A stretch of 64,000 nucleotides of DNA, taken from the NCBI GenBank assembly GCA_043811395.1, contig JBDRNE010000025.1, positions 7,137 through 71,136 on the forward strand, given 5' to 3'. Origin of the DNA: Candidatus Omnitrophota bacterium (GTDB taxonomy: Bacteria > Omnitrophota > Gorgyraeia > Tantalellales > Tantalellaceae). The notes beneath the pieces are model-generated. The model was not told the origin of the DNA. It made no database searches and saw only the letters and a program-made list of their open reading frames with translations. Position numbers and translations under genes: made by a program. Of this stretch, positions 26,579-36,313 are shown in pieces. The stretch's first letter is position 1; every line of letters begins with the position of its first letter.

Positions 26579-28339
26579 ATGAAGGCAGAAATTTTTGTGC
26601 GAAAAATTTTTAAAAAATTTCCATTACTTTTAACCGGCAATATTGTCTTGTCGGTAATAATGAGTTTATTTGCGGCATGTTCTTTGTTTACTATCAGCCC
26701 TCTTGTTGATTTTTTGATTAATCCGGATCTCAAGAATATAAGCCCTTTGACTCAAAAAGCCATAGACATATTGAAATGGTTTAATATGCCAGTATCGTTA
26801 TGGAGTTGGCTGGCAGTGTTTGTTGTTTTCGTAGCTTTGAGCAGTTTATTTCAAGTATTCGCGAAGTATTCGATACTTAAAACAAAATATGCGGTTTTGC
26901 GAGATATTATCTTAGGCACATTTAAAGATTTTTTTGATTCAGGCTGGTACTTTTTCTCGAGCGGCAAGCAAGGAGTACTTTTAAATACTTTTACGAGAGA
27001 AATTACGACTGTGGGAGACGCTTTCGGTGCGATGGCGCTTTTTTTCTCGAGTATTTTGCAGACTGTTTTTTTTCTGACGGTTCCTTTTTACATTTCATGG
27101 CAGGTAACTATTATTAGTCTCGGCGTATCGCTTTTATTTGCTGTTCCGTTCATTCTGCTCGGTAAATACAGCTATCGGTTGGGGGTTTTAAATACAACAA
27201 CCTCCAATCATACAAAGTCGGTCATTCAAGAAAATATAAGTCTCGCAAAAATTGTGTTGGGCTTTGGTAAACAGCAAAAAAGCGTGGATAGCCTTGCTAA
27301 TGCCTTTGACGCGCATCGGGACGCGACACTTAAATCACAGTTTTTAAGTATTGCTATTCCTATTCTGTACGATCCTTTTGGAGTTGTAATGATCGTTATC
27401 GCGCTTTTTACCGCTCGCAGATTCAATGTACCGTTATCAGAACTAATGGTGCTTCTCTTGGCGTTAAGGCAGGTTGCCTTTAGCGTAGGGAACCTAACCG
27501 CGCAGAAAAATTCTTTAGAGAATTTTTTTCCGAGTTATGAGCAAATTGAAAACTTAAGGAATCGCGCCAAGCGCTTAAAACAAAAATCGGGAGAAAAATG
27601 CTTTAATGGTATTGAGCGGGAAATTTCTCTTCAAAATGTTTCTTTTAGTTATCCCGGACATGGAGAAGTATTAAGCGCTGTGAGTGTTCGCGTGCCAAAA
27701 GGCAAAATGATAGCTTTTGTGGGAGGATCAGGCGCGGGGAAATCTACTTTAATTGATGTGATACTGGGATTTCACTCTCCAAGTGATGGTCGTGTTCTTT
27801 GTGACGGAGTTTCTTTGGCAGAGTTTGAAATTAATTCTTTTCGTAGGAAAGTTGGATATGTACCGCAGGATAGCGCGCTTTTTAACATGACAATAAAAGA
27901 TAATTTATTATGGGCTTTGGAAACGGCTCAAGAAAAAGACATTATTTCTGCTTGTTGCCAGGCTAATGCCGATGAGTTCATTAGGCAACTTCCGGAAGGT
28001 TATAATACTTTTGTGGGAGACCGGGGAGTTCGGCTTTCGGGAGGTCAGGTCCAAAGAATAGCCTTAGCAAGGTCTATTTTGCGGAAGCCTGAGCTTTTGA
28101 TTCTGGATGAAGCGACAAGCGCGTTGGATACACATTCGGAAAAATTAATTCAGCAGGCTATTGAAACAATCGCGAAAAAAACAACGGTAATTGTTATCGC
28201 GCACAGGCTCTCAACCATTGTAAACGCGGATTACGTGTACGTATTAGAAAAAGGACGTATTGTCGAAGAGGGCACTTATCGTTGGCTTATGGAGAACAAT
28301 GGATATTTTAACCGTATGGTGGCGATGCAGACCCTGTGA
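26579..28339 (+). CDS. ABC exporter, fused permease + ATPase (MsbA/PglK/Wzk-like type)
   Basis: Six N-terminal TM helices, Walker A GGSGAGKST, ABC signature LSGGQVQRIALARS, Walker B ILDEATSALD, H-loop AHRLST. Confidence 0.85.
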   Translation: MKAEIFVRKIFKKFPLLLTGNIVLSVIMSLFAACSLFTISPLVDFLINPDLKNISPLTQKAIDILKWFNMPVSLWSWLAVFVVFVALSSLFQVFAKYSILKTKYAVLRDIILGTFKDFFDSGWYFFSSGKQGVLLNTFTREITTVGDAFGAMALFFSSILQTVFFLTVPFYISWQVTIISLGVSLLFAVPFILLGKYSYRLGVLNTTTSNHTKSVIQENISLAKIVLGFGKQQKSVDSLANAFDAHRDATLKSQFLSIAIPILYDPFGVVMIVIALFTARRFNVPLSELMVLLLALRQVAFSVGNLTAQKNSLENFFPSYEQIENLRNRAKRLKQKSGEKCFNGIEREISLQNVSFSYPGHGEVLSAVSVRVPKGKMIAFVGGSGAGKSTLIDVILGFHSPSDGRVLCDGVSLAEFEINSFRRKVGYVPQDSALFNMTIKDNLLWALETAQEKDIISACCQANADEFIRQLPEGYNTFVGDRGVRLSGGQVQRIALARSILRKPELLILDEATSALDTHSEKLIQQAIETIAKKTTVIVIAHRLSTIVNADYVYVLEKGRIVEEGTYRWLMENNGYFNRMVAMQTL

Positions 28340-28375
28340 CGGTATAGTTACTAATAAAGCTAAATTAGAGGAAAT

Positions 28376-29248
28376 ATGAATAAATTGATGGTTAAAGGTA
28401 AAAAAGCTTTGAAATTTATGGTTTTTAACCCTAGAGAATTTATTGCGAGGCTAAAACTAAATTTGTATCCGTTGTTCTTTAAAGCTCAGTCCGGAAAAGT
28501 ATTGCTGAACGGTATTTGTTTCCAAATTGATCTTGATTATGATGTTGTAATGCGCAATATGTACTATGGGCTTTATGAGAGCGTGATCAGTTCTTTGTTG
28601 AAAAAGTATCTTCGGGAAGGTGATGTGTTCATTGATGCGGGTGCGAATATCGGGTATATGTCAGCTTTTGCTTTGGGTATGGTAGGTAAAACCGGTGAAG
28701 TTCATTCTTTCGAACCGGTCCCGCGGTATTTTAAACGGCTCGAGAGAATTAAAGAAGATAATCCAGAGTATAATATTTTCGCGAATAATACCGCGCTTGG
28801 AGAAAAAGAAGAAACTTTAAGTATTAAGGTTACGAATGTCCGGAATATTGGGTGGAACACTATGGTTCCGGACTTTATGGACGAGAGCGCGGTGAAAGAA
28901 GAAATACCGGTTAGTGTTATGAGGTTGGATGAGTATATTTTTTCTAAAGAAATTGAAAATGTACGTTTGATAAAAATAGATGTGGAAGGATATGAGTTTC
29001 CCGTACTTAAAGGGCTCAACAAATACTTATCAGGTGCGAAACAACTGCCGATTATTATTGCTGAAATTGTTCCGGATAGTTATCCAAGGCTAAATAGTAC
29101 GCTCCATGAATTTTCTAAATATATGCGAAGATTTAGATATCAGGCATATAGTGTTGATTCGAGACGCGAGATTGAGATTACATCATTAGCCATAACAACC
29201 GATGTGGTATTTTTACCGGAGTTTGTCAACGACAGCTCGAAGAATTAA
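28376..29248 (+). CDS. FkbM-family methyltransferase
   Basis: FIDAGANIGYMS and IKIDVEGYEFPVLKG motifs diagnostic of FkbM-type MTs; AGAGGAAA RBS. Confidence 0.75.
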   Translation: MNKLMVKGKKALKFMVFNPREFIARLKLNLYPLFFKAQSGKVLLNGICFQIDLDYDVVMRNMYYGLYESVISSLLKKYLREGDVFIDAGANIGYMSAFALGMVGKTGEVHSFEPVPRYFKRLERIKEDNPEYNIFANNTALGEKEETLSIKVTNVRNIGWNTMVPDFMDESAVKEEIPVSVMRLDEYIFSKEIENVRLIKIDVEGYEFPVLKGLNKYLSGAKQLPIIIAEIVPDSYPRLNSTLHEFSKYMRRFRYQAYSVDSRREIEITSLAITTDVVFLPEFVNDSSKN

Positions 29249-29335
29249 GTTATTTTGCAAAAGTAAAGGGTGTTGTCTTAGGGGAACATTGACCAATGCT
29301 TCGGCATGGGGTGTTGCTAGGGGGGGTATTTAGGC

Positions 29336-30016
29336 ATGGACGAGAAAAAAACTCGTGAACCGCAATATCAAATAACGGTGGATTTGTGTAAGGAAAAGGG
29401 GCTGACGCGGTTGGGGCTGATGACCAATCAGGTCTGGCATGACGATCCGCGACGTATGCTTTTTATTTTGGCAAGGTATAAGTTCGTGGCTAAAATGCTA
29501 AGCGGAAAGGGAAAAGTTCTGGAAGTTGGATGCGGAGACGCATTCGGTACGCGTATCGTTCTCCAGGAGGTTGGTATGGTTTGTGCCGTTGATTTCGATC
29601 CCGTTTTTATTGAAGACGTCAATGAAAGAATGGAAGAGCGGTGGGAGTTTGAGTGTAAGGTACATGATATTCTTTCAGCGCCAGTTGAAGGCGTTTTTGA
29701 CGCGGCATATTCTATTGATGTGATTGAACATATACCAAGTGACCTGGAATGGAAATTTATGCAAAATGTCGTGAGTTCTCTTAGTGATAAGGGTACTTTT
29801 ATAATTGGAGTTCCGTCAAGTCAATCCCAGGAATATGCTTCGGAATCGAGCAGAAAGGGACACGTTAATTGCAAAGATTACCAAGGGCTTGATAGTCTTA
29901 TGAAAAAATATTTTCACAATATTTTTATTTTTTCGATGAATGACGAAGTCGTTCATACGGGGTTTTCTCCAATGGCGCATTACTTATTTGCGATTGGTGT
30001 CAATAAGAAACAGTGA
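29336..30016 (+). CDS. class I SAM-dependent methyltransferase
   Basis: VLEVGCGDAFGT motif I and YSIDVIEHI motif; 226 aa. Confidence 0.6.
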   Translation: MDEKKTREPQYQITVDLCKEKGLTRLGLMTNQVWHDDPRRMLFILARYKFVAKMLSGKGKVLEVGCGDAFGTRIVLQEVGMVCAVDFDPVFIEDVNERMEERWEFECKVHDILSAPVEGVFDAAYSIDVIEHIPSDLEWKFMQNVVSSLSDKGTFIIGVPSSQSQEYASESSRKGHVNCKDYQGLDSLMKKYFHNIFIFSMNDEVVHTGFSPMAHYLFAIGVNKKQ

Positions 30017-30147
30017 TATAACATGTTGTATAAGGGTTTCATTCAGATCATAACTTTTATGTCAGATGAATCTGTTTTTGTGAGTGATATGTTTGATATC
30101 TTATAAAGTTATCTTTGTTTTAGGTCTCAGAGTGAAAGAAAAGTTTT

Positions 30148-30503
30148 ATGTTTATAGAAACATGTGACGTTTCAGGTTTTGGAAAAACGCAGAGAGGTGT
30201 GATACCTGTAGGAACTATGTTATTTTCGAAGGAATGTGATATTGCTATCGAGAATGATGTTTCAATTGGCTCTAGTGTGCATATGTGTAGTCAATCATAA
30301 ATTTAAAGATACAGAGGTGGTCAATTATTCGATCAGGGGTTTTTCCCTTATCAAGAGGTGGTGTTAAAAAAGGGCTCTTGGCTCAGGGCAAATGTTACAA
30401 TTTTCCCGGGGGGTGACCGTTAGAAAGAATGTTGTGGTTGGTGCGGGTAGTGTTGTTACCAAAAGTATTCAGGATAGGGTGATAGTAGCAAGTTGTTCTC
30501 AAT
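30148..30503 (+). pseudogene. degraded hexapeptide-repeat (LbH, maltose/galactoside O-acetyltransferase-like) acetyltransferase remnant, broken by a stop and at least one frameshift
   Basis: A 50-codon ORF (30148-30300: ...IPVGTMLFSKECDIAIENDVSIGSSVHMCSQS*) is followed in other frames by SWLRANVTIFPGG and [27 protein letters not shown]. Together these match the C-terminal half of sugar O-acetyltransferases (compare [39 protein letters not shown]). Confidence 0.5.
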
Positions 30504-30521
30504 AATATCAAAAAAATAAAA

Positions 30522-32330
30522 ATGGCCATTGGAATTTTGAATAATACATATAGATATATATTTTTGGTCCAAAATAGGGATTTTTGGAGAGCGCTTCCTT
30601 TTTCCTATGATAAAGAAAAAGATCTTGTTTTGACTTTTGATTTCGGGTTAAAACAGGAAATTCTTGGTCAAGGCGGCAAGGTTGACTTTATTGATCATCT
30701 TGTTGATGATGATCAAATGGAAGGCTATAATTTCGAAGCGTATAAGTTCTTTGACCGATGGCATTATGACAAAGATGGAAATGATATTTTTATGTACAAA
30801 GGCATTGAAGTCGGAAATATTTTTAGAATAGAAATTTGGAATGAAATTACGTATTATCCAAGAATGTTTTTAAACGTGCATGAAATCTTAAAAATAAAAT
30901 GTAAAGAAATTTTAGTAGGAGTTAATGATAAGTATTTACTTGATATTTTAAACTTACTGAAAGTAAAGGCGGGATATTGGACTATTGATAAAAAGAATAT
31001 ATGCAAAAATTATTATTTCCCAATATTTCAGTGGGTAAATGAAGGTATGTACTCTTTTAAAAGAAATTCTGGTAAAAGAAAAATTAAAAATTTTTTATGG
31101 TATTGTCTGGACAAAATACTAAATTTGCTAGATAAATTTAGTATTTTCGCTAAAAACAAAAAATATGTGTTTGCTTTAGAGTATTATCCAACAAGGAGTC
31201 TGATAAAAAGGCTTATCAGGGAAAATAAGGTTAGAATTGCCGTGGTAGATTATTGTTTGGATGAAAATCTATTTGTGCAGAGAAGATTGCCACCGACTAA
31301 CAATTTTTCTTTTCGAGATAGACAAAAATCAGAAAAATTGATTAAAAAATTTTTAGCAGAAAAACATGAAAAGTGGATACTTAAAAATATTGATATAAGC
31401 GAAAGGCTTTACACAATAATCATTAGGAGAATAAGAGATTCTTTCCCGCGTTATATAAAAATTTTAGATACGATTGTAAAATTTTTTGACAAAAAAGCAT
31501 TGTCTTTGATGATTACAGTTTCGAATATCGGAATAGTAAATTGTTTGGTGGCTAATTATTGCAAAAAAAACGATATACCGGTTTATCTTATCGTCAACGG
31601 TTTTTTGGGTAAGGCGTATCTTTCTGAAGCTAAAGAAGCTACTTGGATAAATTCTTATGGTAGATCTATGAAAGAAAATTATTTTAGGGACATGAAGAAT
31701 GTGGTTTGTCTGGGGGATCCGCGAATGGATAGCTATATGGAAAGTTCCGCAAAGAAAAGCATAAATACGGAAACCCCCACGATTGTTATTGGTGCCGGCG
31801 GGTTTAGTAATATTGATTTAAATTCATATGTTGCCTTTGAATTTGATTTTCTGAACGATATAATGGCGGCTTGCCGGAAGCTTCGGGAAAACGGTAGAAA
31901 AATGGATATTATAATAAAAGTTCGTACAAATGGTTATATGGAACAGTATTTAAATTTTGTTAAAGAGTATTATAACGATTTTCATATTCAACTATACGAC
32001 AAGGTTTCAATGAAAGAAGTTCTTGAAAAAGCTGATTTTTATATTTCAATCTATTCTCAAACGTTGTTTGAAGCGTCATGCCTGGGGATTCCAGTTCTTT
32101 TTTACAAGAAGGATACGGAAAAATCGTATCCGCCTTTTGACGGTAAATCAGAGTTAGTAACCGCTTTTTCTTTCGAAGATTTGCTCGAGAAAATGGAGTT
32201 ATTCTATAAAAGTGATTCGATATTTGATGGTTTTAAAAAGAAAGAGAAAATGGAGAAATATATAGGTCTTCTTGATGGTCATAATTTAGAGCGGAATAAA
32301 GAATTTATTTATTCAAAGATAGCCCAGTAA
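30522..32330 (+). CDS. hypothetical protein, 602 aa, C-terminal region GT-B-like (possible capsule/surface-carbohydrate transferase); lies in a markedly AT-rich block
   Basis: Long unique ORF. C-terminal stretch (EVLEKADFYISIYSQTLFEASCLGIPVLFYKKD) resembles the donor-binding half of GT-B enzymes; no firm family assignment by eye. Confidence 0.35.
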   Translation: MAIGILNNTYRYIFLVQNRDFWRALPFSYDKEKDLVLTFDFGLKQEILGQGGKVDFIDHLVDDDQMEGYNFEAYKFFDRWHYDKDGNDIFMYKGIEVGNIFRIEIWNEITYYPRMFLNVHEILKIKCKEILVGVNDKYLLDILNLLKVKAGYWTIDKKNICKNYYFPIFQWVNEGMYSFKRNSGKRKIKNFLWYCLDKILNLLDKFSIFAKNKKYVFALEYYPTRSLIKRLIRENKVRIAVVDYCLDENLFVQRRLPPTNNFSFRDRQKSEKLIKKFLAEKHEKWILKNIDISERLYTIIIRRIRDSFPRYIKILDTIVKFFDKKALSLMITVSNIGIVNCLVANYCKKNDIPVYLIVNGFLGKAYLSEAKEATWINSYGRSMKENYFRDMKNVVCLGDPRMDSYMESSAKKSINTETPTIVIGAGGFSNIDLNSYVAFEFDFLNDIMAACRKLRENGRKMDIIIKVRTNGYMEQYLNFVKEYYNDFHIQLYDKVSMKEVLEKADFYISIYSQTLFEASCLGIPVLFYKKDTEKSYPPFDGKSELVTAFSFEDLLEKMELFYKSDSIFDGFKKKEKMEKYIGLLDGHNLERNKEFIYSKIAQ

Positions 32331-32364
32331 TTTTTATTCGAAAAACAATAGGAACGGAAATATA

Positions 32365-33039
32365 GTGAAAAAAGTATTATTAAAAAATATCGTTAATAGT
32401 TTGAGAATGTGGTGGAGTTCGATATTTAATTTAACTGAGTTACAAAAGAGGCATCCTACCTGTCATTTTTATTCAGGCGCGGTTGTTGATGCTAATTCTT
32501 CACTCGGAAAATACAATATAATCTGTGAGAATACTAAAATTATTGATTCGACAGTAGCGGATTATACTAATATCCAAAAAAATTCGTGTATTATTTCAGC
32601 TGATATTGGTAGGTTTTGTTCTATTGCTTCAAGAGTCAGTATTGGCTTAGGTAGGCATCCCACTACGTATGTCAGTACCCATCCGGCATTTTATTCATTG
32701 ACCCAACCACTTGCGAAAACATTTAGTGAAAGGGATCGATATAATGTTTTTAAACGTACTTGTATCGGACACGATGTTTGGATAGGAGAAAATGCCATGA
32801 TTATTGATGGTATTAAGATAGGAACAGGCGCGGTTATTGCGGCAGGAGCGTTTGTTATAAATTCAGTTCCGCCGTACGCGGTTGTTGTGGGGGCTCCAGC
32901 AACAGTAATGTTGTATCGTTTTGATAAGGAAACGAGAGATGCGCTTTTAGAAACTAAGTGGTGGGAAAGACCCGAAAAATGGCTCCAGGAACATTATAAA
33001 AGCTTTGATAATGTTGATAATTTTTTGAAACTTTTTTAA
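32365..33039 (+). CDS. hexapeptide-repeat acetyltransferase, xenobiotic acyltransferase (CatB/Vat-like) subfamily
   Basis: GTG start after AGGAACGG; LbH repeats (VWIGENAMIIDGIKIGTGAVIAAGAFVINSVPPYAVVVGAPA) and the C-terminal LETKWWERPEKW tail typical of XAT-type enzymes. Confidence 0.65.
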   Translation: MKKVLLKNIVNSLRMWWSSIFNLTELQKRHPTCHFYSGAVVDANSSLGKYNIICENTKIIDSTVADYTNIQKNSCIISADIGRFCSIASRVSIGLGRHPTTYVSTHPAFYSLTQPLAKTFSERDRYNVFKRTCIGHDVWIGENAMIIDGIKIGTGAVIAAGAFVINSVPPYAVVVGAPATVMLYRFDKETRDALLETKWWERPEKWLQEHYKSFDNVDNFLKLF

Positions 33040-33057
33040 AATGGATAGAAGTATAGA

Positions 33058-33657
33058 ATGAAAAAAATAATAAATAGAATGTGCGCGTTAATTAGGTTGA
33101 CTAGTAAGTACATTGTTAGCAGAAACCGTTTTGAATACTTCGCGCGTAATTCCTATTACCAAAAGCCTTTAAGAATAATAGGAGGTAAATACATCAAGAT
33201 TTATGAAAATGTTAGTATAAAGAAATATATTTCGTTAGAGGCGAAAAAGATTTATGCGGAAAATCCGGAAATAGTTTTTGGAAAAGGATCTGTAATCGGG
33301 GATTTTAATCATATAAGTGCTGTTAAAAGAATTATAATTGGGGAATATGTTTGTACGGCGAATGGGATCTACATTTCAGATTATATGCCATCAAATTATG
33401 ATAAGAAGAGTGCCGTTAGGAATCAAGCTCCGAACCTTATTTCTGATGTATACATTGGTGATGGAACGTGGATAGGGGAAAATGTTGCGATTATGTGTGC
33501 TAAAATTGGAAAGAATTGCGTGATTGGTGCTAATTCAGTTGTGACATCAGATATTCCAGATTATTCTGTTGTTGTAGGAAATCCTGGGAAAATAATTTCT
33601 AATCTTAAATTGAAAAATATGACAAGAAAACGTGAAATTAGTAAAACGTATTATTAG
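33058..33657 (+). CDS. hexapeptide-repeat (LbH) sugar acyl/acetyltransferase
   Basis: VYIGDGTWIGENVAIMCAKIGKNCVIGANSVVTSDIPDYSVVVGNPGK hexapeptide run; 199 aa. Confidence 0.6.
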   Translation: MKKIINRMCALIRLTSKYIVSRNRFEYFARNSYYQKPLRIIGGKYIKIYENVSIKKYISLEAKKIYAENPEIVFGKGSVIGDFNHISAVKRIIIGEYVCTANGIYISDYMPSNYDKKSAVRNQAPNLISDVYIGDGTWIGENVAIMCAKIGKNCVIGANSVVTSDIPDYSVVVGNPGKIISNLKLKNMTRKREISKTYY

Positions 33658-33668
33658 AGGAGTTATTG

Positions 33669-34211
33669 ATGGTAAGTAGGTTTGTCGAACGTGCGAGAAA
33701 ATGGTTTTTTTTTATACGTAATTGTCGTAAATACAAACATTTAGGAGAAGGTGCCTTTATTAGTAGACCATTACGTCTAAATGGTAGGAAATATATTTCG
33801 TTAATGAAAAATGTTGTAATAAATGAGTTTGCATGGCTTATTGCTTTTAAAGTTGATAAGAACGATCCTGAACTAATCTTTGGTGAAGGTGTTCAGGTTG
33901 AACCTGTTAGTCATATTGCCGCAGTAAGAAGAGTAGTTATAGATAGCGATGTTTATATTTCTTCACGTGTATTTATTTCTGACAATACACATGTTTTTGA
34001 TGATATAAATACGCCAATAGCGTTACAACCTATTCGATTTAATTCGGAAGTATATATCGGAAAAGGGTCATGGATAGGTCAAAATGTTTGTATCATAGGC
34101 GCAAAAATTGGGAAAAATTGTTTTATAATGCCTAATTCGGTTGTTTTAAATGATATTCCAGATTATTCCGTAGCTTCAGGAGCGCCTGCAGTGGTTGTCA
34201 ATATAGTATGA
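33669..34211 (+). CDS. hexapeptide-repeat (LbH) sugar acyl/acetyltransferase, tandem paralog of 33058-33657
   Basis: VYIGKGSWIGQNVCIIGAKIGKNCFIMPNSVVLNDIPDYSVASGAPA, nearly collinear with the preceding gene; GAGGAG RBS before ATG 33669. Confidence 0.6.
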   Translation: MVSRFVERARKWFFFIRNCRKYKHLGEGAFISRPLRLNGRKYISLMKNVVINEFAWLIAFKVDKNDPELIFGEGVQVEPVSHIAAVRRVVIDSDVYISSRVFISDNTHVFDDINTPIALQPIRFNSEVYIGKGSWIGQNVCIIGAKIGKNCFIMPNSVVLNDIPDYSVASGAPAVVVNIV

Positions 34212-34260
34212 TGTAAATGATATGACGTGATCGTGAATAAATATTTAAAAGAGAGGTGTT

Positions 34261-35259
34261 ATGGATGTTAAAATCAGTGCTGTTGAATACTTTTTGCCCA
34301 AAAAGGTTTTGTCGAATACTGATTTAGAAAGGCAGTTCTATGGGTGGGATGCGGATAAGGTTGAAAAAAAAATCGGCATTAAAAGTCGACATATAGTCGA
34401 TGAGAATGAAACTGCTATGGATTTAGCGTATGAAGCCGCTATTAAAGTGTTTAAAAATTTTAATAAAGAAAAGATAGATTTTTTGATTTTTTGTACTCAA
34501 AGTCCGGATTATTATTTGCCCTCATGTGCATGCATACTTCAAGATCGATTGCATCTTAAAACAACGGTTGGAGCTTTTGATATTAATCAGGGATGTTCCG
34601 GGTATATTTATGGTCTTGCGGTAGCTAAAGGATTAATTCAATCAAAAATTGCAAGACATATTCTGTTTATAACAGCAGAAACATATACCAAGCACATATA
34701 TCATAAGGATAAAAGTAATCGGACAATTTTTGGAGACGCGGCTTCCGCGACAATTATAGAAAAATCCGAAAATAGGGGCATCTTTGAGTTTGTTTTTGGA
34801 ACCGATGGGAGCGGAGCTAAAAACCTAATCGTTCCGAATGGAGGGTTGCGCAATAGATATAATTTGGAAGAAAAAGAAGTTGAGGACTATAATGGGAATA
34901 TAAGAACTGACAATAATTTATACATGAATGGACCGGAAATATTTAAGTTTACAATTGATGCCGTTCCAAAAATATTTTCTGAAATATTGCGGGTTAATGG
35001 ATTAGATCTTGATACTGTTGACTATATCATTTTTCATCAGGCAAACAAATATATGATTGAATATCTGAGAGATAAGATTAAAATTCCGCGTAAAAAATTT
35101 TACTTAGATCTAGTACATGTAGGAAATACAGTTTCATCGACTATTCCGATTGCGCTTAAAGAAAGTATAAGCAAAACTAATGTTGTTAAAGGGGACAAAA
35201 TACTTTTACTTGGTTTCGGTGTTGGATATTCGTGGGGAGGAACAGTAATTCAACTTTAA
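34261..35259 (+). CDS. 3-oxoacyl-ACP synthase III (FabH/KAS III family)
   Basis: Active-site Cys context DINQGCSGYIYGL, His/Asn region IFHQANKYM and GNTVSSTIP; 332 aa. Confidence 0.8.
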   Translation: MDVKISAVEYFLPKKVLSNTDLERQFYGWDADKVEKKIGIKSRHIVDENETAMDLAYEAAIKVFKNFNKEKIDFLIFCTQSPDYYLPSCACILQDRLHLKTTVGAFDINQGCSGYIYGLAVAKGLIQSKIARHILFITAETYTKHIYHKDKSNRTIFGDAASATIIEKSENRGIFEFVFGTDGSGAKNLIVPNGGLRNRYNLEEKEVEDYNGNIRTDNNLYMNGPEIFKFTIDAVPKIFSEILRVNGLDLDTVDYIIFHQANKYMIEYLRDKIKIPRKKFYLDLVHVGNTVSSTIPIALKESISKTNVVKGDKILLLGFGVGYSWGGTVIQL

Positions 35260-35283
35260 AATGATCTTGGATAGGGAGGAACA

Positions 35284-35514
35284 GTGAAAAAAATAGAGTT
35301 TTTTGAGGAATTAAAAAAAGTTTTAGAAATTGAAGGTGAAATAGATGAAAATACAAATTTAAAAGATTTAGAAACATATGATTCATTATCAAATCTTGTT
35401 CTTATAGCTTTTGTTGATTCCAAGTTTAAAAAAAGAATGGGTGCGGAAGAAGTGGTATCCATTACTACGATAAAAAGTTTAATGGAAATTATAGGACTTG
35501 AGAATTTCGAGTGA
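35284..35514 (+). CDS. acyl carrier protein
   Basis: 76 aa acidic protein, GTG start after GGAGGA RBS, phosphopantetheine-attachment-like DSLS motif (LETYDSLSNLVLIAF). Confidence 0.6.
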   Translation: MKKIEFFEELKKVLEIEGEIDENTNLKDLETYDSLSNLVLIAFVDSKFKKRMGAEEVVSITTIKSLMEIIGLENFE

Positions 35515-35522
35515 GGTATAAA

Positions 35523-36287
35523 ATGAATAAATATTTAACTGATTTAAATGGAAAAAATATTTTGATAACGGGAGCTTCGCGTGGTATTGGCAAAGAGTGT
35601 GCTATTGCCGCGAATAGACTTGGTGCAAACGTGTGCCTGGTTGCTAGAAACATGGAAAAAATCAAAAAAACTTTGGACATAATAGAAAAAGAAAAAAGTT
35701 GTTATTACGCGGTGGATGTTACGGATTATCTACAAGTTGAAGATGTTGTGAATGTGTTTGTTGAGAAATTCGGTAGAATTGATGGTTTTATTCATTCTGC
35801 TGGGTTTGAAGAGAGTGTTCCGCTACAAGTAATTTCGAGTGAAAATTATGAAAAATTATTTGCAACGAATGTTATAGCTGGATTTGAATTTGCTAAAGTA
35901 ATATCTAAAAAAAGATTTTTAAATCCAAACGGCGCAAGTTTTGTTTTTATTGCATCTGTTATGGGGATTGTGGGACAGGCGGCAAAGATTGGATATTGTG
36001 CTAGTAAAGGTGCGTTAATAGCCGGGGCAAGAGCAATGGCGGTGGAGTTAGCAAAGAAAAAAATTAGAGTGAATTGTGTTTCTCCTGGAATGGTTGAGAC
36101 GGAAATCGCAGAAAATATATTTAAAATGATATCCGAAGAACAAAAAAGAGCGGTAGTTTTAGGGCACCCTTTAGGGATAGGAAGTCCTGAAGATGTAGCA
36201 GGATTATGTTCATTTCTTTTGTCAGACCAAGCTAAGTGGATAACTGGTACGAATATAATTATTGATGGTGGTTATAGCGCAGTCTGA
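35523..36287 (+). CDS. SDR-family oxidoreductase (3-oxoacyl-ACP reductase FabG-like)
   Basis: ILITGASRGIGKECA (TGxxxGxG), NNAG-like region HSAGF, catalytic YCASKGAL (YxxxK), PG motif VSPGMVETE. Confidence 0.8.
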   Translation: MNKYLTDLNGKNILITGASRGIGKECAIAANRLGANVCLVARNMEKIKKTLDIIEKEKSCYYAVDVTDYLQVEDVVNVFVEKFGRIDGFIHSAGFEESVPLQVISSENYEKLFATNVIAGFEFAKVISKKRFLNPNGASFVFIASVMGIVGQAAKIGYCASKGALIAGARAMAVELAKKKIRVNCVSPGMVETEIAENIFKMISEEQKRAVVLGHPLGIGSPEDVAGLCSFLLSDQAKWITGTNIIIDGGYSAV

Positions 36288-36313
36288 CGTGGTATCGATA
36301 AAAGGATGCAAAA

